Source of the DNA: Stellaceae bacterium
GTDB taxonomy: Bacteria > Pseudomonadota > Alphaproteobacteria > ATCC43930 > CGMCC-115725
Direction of reading: 5' to 3'
Assembly (NCBI GenBank): GCA_035509095.1
Contig: DATJLY010000139.1
Coordinates: 1-30,762 of the forward strand
DNA: 30,762 bases
This document shows, in pieces, positions 7,800-18,278 of this stretch; the stretch's first letter is position 1, and every line of letters begins with the position of its first letter. The notes under the pieces are model-generated. The model was not told where the DNA came from, ran no database searches, and saw nothing but the letters and a program-made list of their open reading frames with translations. Made by a program: the position numbers and the translations under genes.

Positions 7800-9407
7800 T
7801 CAGCAGCTTTGAAACGCGGGCGACATCGCCGCGTACGCCGCGACGAGGCCGAGGCGCTTTTCCGCGTCCGGGGTAAAACGCGGCCCCAGCCGGTCGTCGG
7901 GCGCAGCACCGATCCCGCCCAGGATGGCGGCGACCGGGCCTGGGCTCGGTTGGCCGGTGAGTGTCGCGACCCAGAACGCGGCGGCATCGCCGAGCGTCTC
8001 GACCGACGCGGGCATGACCGCATCGGGGATCCAAAGACCGGTGCCCCATTGGTTCTGGGTGAGCGCAAACGCGAGTTGCCACCGGACCCGCATCGCGCCG
8101 GTGCCAATGAAATGATCGCGCTCGTCGGGGAGGCCGGTCGGATCGGGATAGCCGTAAAGACGCTCCCCTGCCGCGGCGAGGTTGTTGATGAGGGGTTCGG
8201 TCGGCGTGATGTCGAGGGCGGTCGCGCGCGCAAACGCCGCGACCAGTGCGAGGGGCCGGCGGATTTTCGCGCCGTCCGACTGCGCGAATTCCGATGACAG
8301 CACGATGGCGCGCACGACCTTTGCGATCTGGTCCGGCGCGTGCAGATTCTGGCTCCAGACCGATACGGCCGCGGCGACGAGGCGAGGCGGAGGATCGTCA
8401 GCCACCAGGCGCTGCACGAGCTTGCGGCAGATGAAGCGCGCCGTCGCGGGATGTGCGGCGACCAGATCGAGGACCCGCCTGCCATCGGCCATCGCCGGCT
8501 GGAACTCGTTGAAGTCGGTCGCGAGCACGCGCTTCTGATAGCCGTCGTGCCAGCTCTCGACATAGGCGAAGCGGCCGGTCGCCGGCAGCTTGCGGCCGCC
8601 ATCGATGGGCGTGCCGTCCGCGACAGTCCAGCCGGTGAAAGCGCGCGCCGACTCGTAGACGTCCTCGTCGATATAGCCGACCGGATGGCCTTTGAGCGCG
8701 CCCGGCACTTCGCGCCAGCGATCATATTTGTCGTTGAGATAGGCATCGCGGCCCAACGTATGGAGCTCGAACAGCTCGCGGCCGTAATTCTCGTTGGCGG
8801 CGCCCGCGCGCGAAGACCGGTTGCTGAGATAGTAAAGCATCGCGGTCGAGGTCGCGACCGCCTCCAGCATGTGGCGGAAATTGCCGAAGCAATTGGGCCT
8901 GATCACGTCGCGGTCGTAGGTCGGCAAGGCAACCGCGACGGGCTCGGCGCTCCACGCATCGACATTGAAATGGTCGTGCCAGAAGCGGCACAGGATTTCG
9001 CGCAGCTGATAACGGCTGTGGACCGCGCGAATGATCGTCGCCGAGATCATGTCGAGCAGCGGCCGCCGCCGCTCCTGCGGCGCGTATTTGTCCCGCTCGG
9101 CGATGAGGGGCCATAGCGTGTCGATCGGTTCGTCGAGCGTGGCGAGCGGCCGCATCTCGTCCGTGGCCACCCAGCCCTGGTTCTTGCTCGCGTCGCCGGC
9201 AGGATAGTTTATCCGCAACCGCGCACGGGACAGCGCCGCGGCCGTTTCGGCATCGTCGCCTTGTGGCGGCTTGAGCTGTTGGTCAAGCCAATCGGCGAGC
9301 CCCAAGCGCTCAAATGCGATGACGTCGCCCTCTTTCGGGCCATAGCCAAGACGCGACAGAACGAAAAAGGGTGAGACGGAAACGGTACCGGCGTCGATTT
9401 CGGCCAT
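7800..9407 (-). CDS. DUF1800 family protein
   Basis: LSRLGYGP, FWHDHF, MLYYLSN, NENYGRELFELHTLG, ARAFTGW and HPATARFICRKLVQRLVADDPP; lies 10 nt upstream of DUF1501. Start chosen at ATG 9407 (9467 is possible). Confidence 0.88.
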   Translation of the reverse strand: MAEIDAGTVSVSPFFVLSRLGYGPKEGDVIAFERLGLADWLDQQLKPPQGDDAETAAALSRARLRINYPAGDASKNQGWVATDEMRPLATLDEPIDTLWPLIAERDKYAPQERRRPLLDMISATIIRAVHSRYQLREILCRFWHDHFNVDAWSAEPVAVALPTYDRDVIRPNCFGNFRHMLEAVATSTAMLYYLSNRSSRAGAANENYGRELFELHTLGRDAYLNDKYDRWREVPGALKGHPVGYIDEDVYESARAFTGWTVADGTPIDGGRKLPATGRFAYVESWHDGYQKRVLATDFNEFQPAMADGRRVLDLVAAHPATARFICRKLVQRLVADDPPPRLVAAAVSVWSQNLHAPDQIAKVVRAIVLSSEFAQSDGAKIRRPLALVAAFARATALDITPTEPLINNLAAAGERLYGYPDPTGLPDERDHFIGTGAMRVRWQLAFALTQNQWGTGLWIPDAVMPASVETLGDAAAFWVATLTGQPSPGPVAAILGGIGAAPDDRLGPRFTPDAEKRLGLVAAYAAMSPAFQSC

Positions 9408-9479
9408 TGGAGCGCCTCGTCTCGATCCACCTACCTTTCCGTTATAGGCAGGGGAAGGCGACGCCATCCTTCATCGCGG

Positions 9480-10322
9480 CTAATGCGCGAGAAGCACCGG
9501 CAGCAGGCTGTGGCCGACGATCTGATGGGTCGCGCCGCCGAACAACGTTTCGCGCCACGGACGGTGGCCGAAGGCGCCCATCACGAGCAGGTCGGCGCCG
9601 GCGTCTCGCGCTTCGGCCAGCAATTGCTCGCCCGCATTGACGCCCTCCACGGGCAGGATCTGGTGATGCCGCGCCGTGACGCCGTGGCAGGCGAGATAGG
9701 CGATCAGTTCCTTCGGATCGTTCTCGTCGTCACTCTCGCCGATGGTGATCACGTGAACGGCCTTCGCCTTTTCCAGAAGCGGCAGCGAGGCCGTGATCGC
9801 ATGCACGGCCTCGGGCGAGCCGTTCCAGCCAACCGCAATCACCTCGCCGATCGCCGCGGGCGGCTTCGCGGGAGCGAGAAGGACCGGCCGGCCCGACAAC
9901 GTCAAGGTCTCTTCGATCGTGTCGGAATAAGGGTGGCTCACGACCCGTTCGGAACGGCCAAGGATGACGGTATCGAAGAAGCGGGCGCGGTCTGCGATCA
10001 GCTTCGGTGCGTATCCCGATTCCTCGTGCCAGGATGCGTCCGTGCCCATTTTCAGCCCGTGGCGCGTCACCGCCGCCGCGAACGAAGCGGCGGTCTTCTT
10101 GGCGAAGGCATCGGCGTCGGCGGCAATCTTGTCGATCCAATCGGCCGCGATCGGCATGGTGAACCCGTCCGCCGCGTAGCTGACGATTTGGGTGGGATCG
10201 GTCTTGACGTGGAGCGCCTCGAGACGCGCGCCCACACGCTGCGCCATGCGGCAGGCGATCTCGACGGCGCCATCGCTGGCGCTGCCGCCGCTGACGCAAA
10301 CAAGGATACGTTTCGTGGCCAT
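9480..10322 (-). CDS. Universal stress protein (tandem UspA domains)
   Basis: KRILVCV, ARFFDTVILGR, SGRPVLL, VGWNGSPEA and ADLLVMGAFGH...LFGGAT...PVLLAH. Confidence 0.9.
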   Translation of the reverse strand: MATKRILVCVSGGSASDGAVEIACRMAQRVGARLEALHVKTDPTQIVSYAADGFTMPIAADWIDKIAADADAFAKKTAASFAAAVTRHGLKMGTDASWHEESGYAPKLIADRARFFDTVILGRSERVVSHPYSDTIEETLTLSGRPVLLAPAKPPAAIGEVIAVGWNGSPEAVHAITASLPLLEKAKAVHVITIGESDDENDPKELIAYLACHGVTARHHQILPVEGVNAGEQLLAEARDAGADLLVMGAFGHRPWRETLFGGATHQIVGHSLLPVLLAH

Positions 10323-10355
10323 GTCTTCCTCCTCATAGGAGATGCCGTGACGGGC

Positions 10356-10847
10356 CTACCCGGTCTGAAAGTCGCCGGGCTGCGGCGGGGCGATCGGTTT
10401 GAACAGGTTCCGGTCCGGCTTCAGATCGAGAAGCGGCGTTCCATCGAGACAATCGAGGCCCCGCACCGACAACACCCGGCCTTGGCGCGAGACCAAAGTG
10501 GCGATCGACGTGCCGATCGGGTTGGGCCGCGCGGGCGAGCGGATCGCAAACGTGCCGCGCGTCGTGCCGTCATTGGCGGGGCTTTGCCGCACCAGGTCGC
10601 GGCGGGATTCGTGCAGCCAATAAAGCACCTCGATCCGCTCGAACGCTTCGATCCCGTCGAGTGCCGCCTCCCACAGCTCGTTCACCTCGATGCGGCAGAG
10701 CGGTCCGTCCTGCCGGCCTTGGCGCGGCGTCTCGAGACGCGAGGTCCAGGGCGTGCGGATGATCCCGATGAAGACGAGACCCGCATCGCCAGGCGAGGGC
10801 GCGTCGACCGCGACCTCGTTCTCGCGGATCTCGTTGAGCCGCACCAT
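10356..10847 (-). CDS. TsaA/TrmO-like SAM-binding beta-barrel protein (single domain)
   Basis: [23 protein letters not shown] and [18 protein letters not shown] at 10847, 8 nt after the upstream stop. Confidence 0.82.
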   Translation of the reverse strand: MVRLNEIRENEVAVDAPSPGDAGLVFIGIIRTPWTSRLETPRQGRQDGPLCRIEVNELWEAALDGIEAFERIEVLYWLHESRRDLVRQSPANDGTTRGTFAIRSPARPNPIGTSIATLVSRQGRVLSVRGLDCLDGTPLLDLKPDRNLFKPIAPPQPGDFQTG

Positions 10848-10855
10848 GGCGGAAG

Positions 10856-11398
10856 CTACGCGACCGGCAGCTTGGCGACCGCTTTGGCGCGCCATTCCTC
10901 GATCGGCTGAAAGCGCGGATTCTCGCGGTTCTGCTCGATCGTCATCTCTTTGATCTCGTTTTCGGACAGGGTGAGATCGACGGGCCCCGCCATCGGTTGC
11001 CCGCAATACCACGGCAGGTCCCATCGGAACTCGATCCGCGTGCCTTCGGGATCGAGCGAATAGACCGACAGCCACGAGCCGTGAGTGATGGTATTGAGAC
11101 CGGAGACGCCCAGCTCGCCAAGCATCTTGTGACGCGCCTGCAACGCTTTGTAGGTGTCGAGGCGGAAGCACACGTGGTCGAGCGCGCCGGCGCCGGGCGC
11201 GCCTTCGCGTCCGCTCATGAGGGCGAGCTGGTGGTGTTCGGCCTCGGGGTCGAGGGTGAGAAAGCAGATGTCGCTGCCCCGGATCCGCCCGATGTCCGAG
11301 ACCTGAAACCCCAGCACGTTGGTGTAATGCTCCAGCATCTTCGCGAAGTTGAAGCATTTGATGACCGCATGAGAGATGACCGGCCTGCCGTTCGCCAT
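10856..11398 (-). CDS. VOC/glyoxalase superfamily protein
   Basis: ISHAVIK, YTNVLGF, HHQLAL, LDHVCF, HG...[13 protein letters not shown] (H/H/E metal ligands). ATG at 11398 with a GAAAGG SD. Confidence 0.85.
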   Translation of the reverse strand: MANGRPVISHAVIKCFNFAKMLEHYTNVLGFQVSDIGRIRGSDICFLTLDPEAEHHQLALMSGREGAPGAGALDHVCFRLDTYKALQARHKMLGELGVSGLNTITHGSWLSVYSLDPEGTRIEFRWDLPWYCGQPMAGPVDLTLSENEIKEMTIEQNRENPRFQPIEEWRAKAVAKLPVA

Positions 11399-11432
11399 GA
11401 TCCGTTGCCTTTCGCGAGCGCCCGTTGACGAA

Positions 11433-11461
11433 ATGCTATCGGGCCCGGATACGCCGGGCAA
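11433..11461 (-). promoter_or_regulatory. Putative sigma70 promoter proximal to the VOC gene
   Basis: On the - strand: TTGCCC (11461-11456), 17 nt, TAGCAT (11438-11433). Confidence 0.4.
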
Positions 11462-11551
11462 GCCTGCGGCGGCCGGCCCGGATTTCGCGACAATTGATAA
11501 TCGCCGCGCCGCGTCCCGTTCTCCTTTTCCTTGAACCAAACGACGCAAGCG

Positions 11552-11580
11552 ACTGTATACTATTAGCGTACACATGTCAA
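11552..11580 (-). promoter_or_regulatory. Strong sigma70-type promoter with an imperfect palindrome in its spacer
   Basis: On the - strand: TTGACA (11580-11575), 17 nt, TACAGT (11557-11552). TGTATAC-N7-GTACACA spans 11554-11574. Confidence 0.6.
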
Positions 11581-11595
11581 GGGGGATCGAGCCCG

Positions 11596-11624
11596 TTGAC
11601 CTGTCTGGGACCCGTTCATACAAT
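11596..11624 (+). promoter_or_regulatory. Sigma70-type promoter of the amidohydrolase gene
   Basis: TTGACC (11596-11601), 17 nt, TACAAT (11619-11624), followed by a GAGAGGAGG SD and ATG 11653. Confidence 0.65.
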
Positions 11625-11652
11625 CACGACCGCGCCGAGAGGAGGCTCGTTC

Positions 11653-12687
11653 ATGCACATCATCGATTCGCACTTCCATTGGTGGCCACGGGCGGTCTGG
11701 AACGAGCTCTGCAAGCGCAAGGATTTCCCGAACGCGAAGGTCGCGCCGGCAAAGAACGGCTATAACTTCTTCCGCAAGGACGACCCCGAGCCTTTCCTCG
11801 GCGGCGGGTCCGAGTGGTTCGACCTCGACGCCCAGCTTCAGCATATGGACGGGCTTGGCCACGATATCGACGTGGTGTGCTCGATCGGCCCGTTCTCGGT
11901 GGTGTTCTCCGAGCTTCCGAAGGCCGAAGGCCGCGACCTCGCGATGCTGTGGAACGAGGAGATGGCCGGCGCGCAGAAGAAACATCCCGGCCGCGTTTGG
12001 GCGAGCGCGGCGGTGCCGCTGGTCGATACCCAGACCGCGCTCGACGTGGTGGATCACGCGATCAACAAATTGGGCCTCATGGGCGTCAACCTGCCGGGCA
12101 GCGTCGGCGCCGATCCGCGCATCGATCACGAGCGGCTCGAGCCGTTCTATGACCGGGTCGAGAAGCTGGGCGTGCCGCTGTTCCTCCATCCGACCGATGC
12201 CGTGTTCCAGGACATGCTGGTCGACGGCTATGGCGGCGCGCTGTTCCTCAGCCTCGGCCGCGTGGTCGAGGTCTCGGTCGCGGCGATGCGCCTCGTATTC
12301 TCCGGCATCATGGAGCGTCACCCGAACCTGAAGCTGGTGATGTCGCATACCGGCGGCGCGCTCCCCTATCAGGCCGGCCGCATGGACAAGAACGGCAAGG
12401 CCGCGAAGCTGCCGCATCCGCCCAGCAGCTACATCAAGCGCATGTTTACCGACACGGTGTCGCCGCACACCGCCGGCATGAAGTTCGCGATCGAGTTCTA
12501 TGGCGTCGATCACGTGATGTACGGCACCGACTATCCGTGTTGGGACCCGGCCGCGGCGCTCAAGTTCTTCGGCGAGATCGGCCTGTCCAAGGCGGATCAG
12601 CAGAAGATCTTCTACGACAACGCGCGCCGCATCCTGGGCCTCAAGGACCCGGTGCCGACAAAGCAGCGCGAGGCCGTACCGGCCTGA
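11653..12687 (+). CDS. Amidohydrolase_2 family protein (ACMSD/decarboxylase-like)
   Basis: IDSHFH (HxH), FLHP, SHTGG.LPY..GRMD and YGTDYP metal/active-site motifs; strong SD. Confidence 0.88.
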   Translation: MHIIDSHFHWWPRAVWNELCKRKDFPNAKVAPAKNGYNFFRKDDPEPFLGGGSEWFDLDAQLQHMDGLGHDIDVVCSIGPFSVVFSELPKAEGRDLAMLWNEEMAGAQKKHPGRVWASAAVPLVDTQTALDVVDHAINKLGLMGVNLPGSVGADPRIDHERLEPFYDRVEKLGVPLFLHPTDAVFQDMLVDGYGGALFLSLGRVVEVSVAAMRLVFSGIMERHPNLKLVMSHTGGALPYQAGRMDKNGKAAKLPHPPSSYIKRMFTDTVSPHTAGMKFAIEFYGVDHVMYGTDYPCWDPAAALKFFGEIGLSKADQQKIFYDNARRILGLKDPVPTKQREAVPA

Positions 12688-12734
12688 GCCGGCCCGTTCG
12701 CGCGATGCCGTAGCCAAAGGTCGGCGGACCGGCC

Positions 12735-13787
12735 ATGGAATTCGGCATGTTCCACGAGTTCCCGACCCTTGGCGAGCGCTCGCACGGCGACGCGTTTCAC
12801 GAGGCGATGGAGCAGGTCGACAGCGCCGAGCGCTGGGGCCTCGACGCGATGTGGCTCGCCGAGCTGCATTTCGCGCCCGACCGCTCGGTGCTCGCGGCGC
12901 CCCTCACCATCGCCGCCGGGATCGCCGCCCGCACCAGCCGCATGAAGATCGGCATCGCGGTGCAGGTGCTGCCGCTGGGCCATCCGCTGCGGCTTGCCGA
13001 AGAAGCCGCCACCGTCGATCAACTGAGTCGTGGCCGCTTGATCTTCGGCGTGGGGCGAAGCGGCGTCGTCCGCTCTTACGACGCCATGGGCGTGCCCTAT
13101 CTCGAAAGCCGCGAGCGGTTTGCCGAAGCACTCGAGGTGATCGTCGGCGCCTGGACCCAGGAGCGCTTCTCGCACGAGGGCAAGTATTATCGCTTCAAGG
13201 ACGTGAGCCTGGTGCCGCGCCCTTATCAACAGCCGCATCCGCCGATCCGCATGGCCGCCAGCACCGGCGACACCTATGCGATGATCGGCCGGATGGGGCT
13301 GCCGATGCTGCTTTCCGCGCGCCACGTGAACTGGGACGAGCTCGCGGAGCAGATACGCCAATACCGCGCCGCGTGGACGGAGTCGGACCGGCCGGGCAAA
13401 GGCTCGGTGTTCGTTTCGGTGCCGACCCATCTTGCGGCAAGCGAAGGCGCGGCGCGCGATGAGGCAGAAGAGAGCGTCATGGGCTTCTACCGCTACCAGG
13501 CGCGGCTCCTGGCGGATTCCGTCGCGCGTGCCGGATCGGTCGCGGGCGAGCGGGCGGCGCGCGCCGAGCGCCTGCGCACCATGACCTACGACCAGGCGAT
13601 CCGCGGCCACACGCTGGTCGGCACGCCCGGCACGGTGTCGGCGCGCCTCAAGGAGCTCGATGACGAGCTTGCGCTCGACGGCATCATGGCCGAGCTCAAT
13701 TGCGGCGGCAAAATCCCTCATCGGCGGGTGATGAGCTCGCTGCGGCTCCTGTGCGAAGACGTGCAGCCGCGCTTCCGCTCGGGTTGA
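12735..13787 (+). CDS. LLM-class (luciferase-like) flavin-dependent monooxygenase
   Basis: WGLDAMWLAELHF, RTSRMKIGIAVQVLPLGHPLRLAEEAATVDQLSRGRLIFGVGR and PRPYQQPHPPI. Confidence 0.9.
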   Translation: MEFGMFHEFPTLGERSHGDAFHEAMEQVDSAERWGLDAMWLAELHFAPDRSVLAAPLTIAAGIAARTSRMKIGIAVQVLPLGHPLRLAEEAATVDQLSRGRLIFGVGRSGVVRSYDAMGVPYLESRERFAEALEVIVGAWTQERFSHEGKYYRFKDVSLVPRPYQQPHPPIRMAASTGDTYAMIGRMGLPMLLSARHVNWDELAEQIRQYRAAWTESDRPGKGSVFVSVPTHLAASEGAARDEAEESVMGFYRYQARLLADSVARAGSVAGERAARAERLRTMTYDQAIRGHTLVGTPGTVSARLKELDDELALDGIMAELNCGGKIPHRRVMSSLRLLCEDVQPRFRSG

Positions 13788-13801
13788 GGGATTTTAGAGA
13801 A

Positions 13802-14191
13802 CCTTCCTCATCCTGAGCGGAGCGAAGCGAAGTCGAAGGACGCTTGATGCTTCCGTGCGTCCTTCGACTGCGCGCCATTGGCGCTCCGCTCAGGATGAGG
13901 AAGGATTGGTCCTCATCCTGAGCGAAGCGAAGCGAAGTCGAAGGACGCTTGGTGCCTCCGTGCGTCCTTCGACTGCGCGCTTCGCGCTCCGCTCAGGATG
14001 AGGACCTTTCTTTGATGGCAATCAAACCCTTCCTCATCCTGAGCGAAGCGAAGCGAAGTCGAAGGACGCTTGGTGCTTCCTTGCGCCCTTCGACTGCGCG
14101 CTTCGCGCTCCGCTCAGGATGAGGACCACTTCTTTGATGGCAATCAAACCCTTCCTCATCCTGAGCGGAGCGAAGCGAAGTCGAAGGACGC
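13802..14191. repeat. REP/REPIN-like array: three full ~100-bp inverted-repeat units plus one half unit
   Basis: Left arm CCTCATCCTGAGCG(G/A)AGCGAAGCGAAGTCGAAGGACGC starts at 13806, 13911, 14032 and 14154. The right arm GCGTCCTTCGACTGCGCG..GCGCTCCGCTCAGGATGAGG follows the first three (GCGCCCTT variant in unit 3). The array sits between convergent genes. Confidence 0.9.
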
Positions 14192-14199
14192 TTCACGCG

Positions 14200-15033
14200 T
14201 CAGAGGCCCAGGAGCAGCAGCCCCAGAGCGATCGCGCCGGCGGCCCAGCAGTAATAGGCAAAGGGATCGAGCGCATCGAAATCGTGGCGCCGGAAATAGC
14301 GCATCAGGAATGCGACGCTGGCCCAGGCGGTGATCCCTGCGACGATCCCGGCGACCCAGGTCACGCTGCCGATCCCTTCGTGCGCATGGAGGATCTTCGG
14401 CACTTCCAGCACCGCCGCGCCGGCGATCACCGGCGTCGCGATCAGGAACGAGAAATGCGCGGCCTCGCGGTGTTGGAACCCGAACAGAAGCGCGCCCACC
14501 ATGGTCGTGCCCGACCGCGAGATGCCGGGGATCAGCGCGGCGCTTTGCCATAGGCCGATCACGAGCGCCTCGACCCAGCTCATGTCGGCCAGATTGCGGT
14601 CACCGGCCCGGCTCCGCAACCGCTCGCCCGCGAACAGCACGAACCCGTTGACGATGAGGAAGGCGGCCGCCACGACCGGCGTCCCGAACAAGGTGCGGAA
14701 CAATTTCTCCAGCACGAAGCCCAGGATCACCGCGGGGATCGTCGCCACCACGATGAGGCCGATGATGCGCCAGTTCTGCCGCCGCTGGTCGGGCTCCCCC
14801 AATCCCACGAACGTGCCGGCGAGCAACAGCCAGTCGCGCCAGAAATAAGCGAGCAGCGCCGCCGCCGTGCCGATATGCAGCACGACCAGGAACGGAAGAT
14901 AGGACGGCGCCTGCTGGTCGATGTTCCAGCCGACGAGCCGGGGGAGCACCACCGCGTGGCCGAGGCTGCTTACCGGGAACAGCTCGGTGACGCCTTGGAG
15001 AATGGCGGTCAGAATCGCTTGCAGCGCGGTCAT
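14200..15033 (-). CDS. uppP: Undecaprenyl-diphosphate phosphatase (BacA/UppP)
   Basis: LQGVTELFPVSSLGH, LHIGT and ALIPGISRSGTT motifs; polytopic hydrophobic. ATG 15033 overlaps the prmA stop (ATGA). Confidence 0.93.
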   Translation of the reverse strand: MTALQAILTAILQGVTELFPVSSLGHAVVLPRLVGWNIDQQAPSYLPFLVVLHIGTAAALLAYFWRDWLLLAGTFVGLGEPDQRRQNWRIIGLIVVATIPAVILGFVLEKLFRTLFGTPVVAAAFLIVNGFVLFAGERLRSRAGDRNLADMSWVEALVIGLWQSAALIPGISRSGTTMVGALLFGFQHREAAHFSFLIATPVIAGAAVLEVPKILHAHEGIGSVTWVAGIVAGITAWASVAFLMRYFRRHDFDALDPFAYYCWAAGAIALGLLLLGL

Positions 15034-15925
15034 CTGAGGGAAAGACCTCCGGGTCGGCGGGCGCGCGTCACAGCGAGGGTGGACCAGCCATCCACCACGA
15101 CCCGCGAGGCAAGGGGAAGCCGCACACGCCGGTGCGCGGCAAGGACAATGGGCTCCTGCCGCGGCAGGATGCCCGACAGCACGGCGACGCCGTTCTGGTC
15201 CAGCACGCGGGCAAGGTCGCGCGCCATCGCGGCGAGCGGCCGCGCCAGGATATTGGCCAGCACGAGATCGAACGGCGCGCGCCGGCGCAGCGCGCGCACG
15301 CGGTACGTCCCGGCGCGGCCCGGCTTCAGGGCGCCGGCGACGCCGTTGGCGCGGGCGTTGATCCGCGCGACGCGCACCGCCTCGGCCTCGATGTCGAAGG
15401 CGGCGACGCGCCCGTGCCAGGTCTTGAGCGCAGCGATGGCGAGAATGCCGGTGCCGGTCCCCATGTCGAGAACGCGCCGGCGTCGCCCGCGCCGGGCCAA
15501 CGCCTCCATCACTTTGAGGCATCCCCGCGTCGACGCATGCTCGCCGGTGCCGAACGCGGTCGCGGCATCGATCTCCAAGGCGATGTGTCCCGCCGGCGCG
15601 CGGGCGTGCCCGTGCGAGCCGTGGATGTAATACCGCCCGGCGGAAATGGGCTGAAAGCTTTCGCGGTTCTCCTTGAGCCAGTCGCGGGGCGGCAGCCGCT
15701 CGATGGTGAGCGCGGGCGCGGGCGTCGCGCCGATGAAGGCCAGCTCGAGCCGTGCCTCGAGCGCGCCGCGCGCCGGCGCTTCGAGGCTCAGCCCCTCGAC
15801 GAGATACTCCGCGCCGGCCTCGAAGACGCTGACGGACGACAGCGCCGGTTCGAGCGCGAGGAAGGCCGCCTCGGCACCCGCGGCGTCGGCCACGACACAA
15901 GCGACGCGCCACAGAATCCGGTCCA

Positions 15926-15926
<1 letters not shown>
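15030..15926 (-). CDS. prmA: Ribosomal protein L11 methyltransferase
   Basis: AFGTGEHASTRGCL, VLDMGTGTGILAIAA and FDLVLANILA. ATG 15926 overlaps the uvrD stop (TGATG). Confidence 0.88.
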
Positions 15927-18154
<2,228 letters not shown>

Positions 18155-18278
18155 TCTGTGTGATCTATAGCACTCCCGCGCGAAGATCGCATGGGGCCTT
18201 CGACCGATTGATGCGACCGGGAAGGGTTGGTTTTATGATACCGCTTCCGTCCCCCTGCTTCCCGCAGCATCGCCGCCC

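Noticed and set aside
7790-8746. ORF-track N-terminal extensions (6527-8746, 10356-11357, 14200-16347, 15030-16277, 2494-3663, 11425-12687)
   Set aside because: The extensions overlap better-supported genes and are R/P/A-rich junk. Internal starts with SD, Tat signals or stop-start overlaps fit better.
13802-14191. CRISPR array
   Set aside because: The units are long inverted-repeat pairs, the spacers are short or nearly identical rather than unique, and there are no cas genes. It fits REP/REPIN.
13696-14553. Short ORFs crossing the repeat array (13696-13878, 13993-14196, 14070-14333, 14119-14553, 14156-14551)
   Set aside because: They are translations of the repeat or antisense to uppP, with no SD and no family signal.
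18155-18278. SOS (LexA) box upstream of uvrD
   Set aside because: No GTTC-N7-GTTC or GAAC-N7-GAAC found on either strand.
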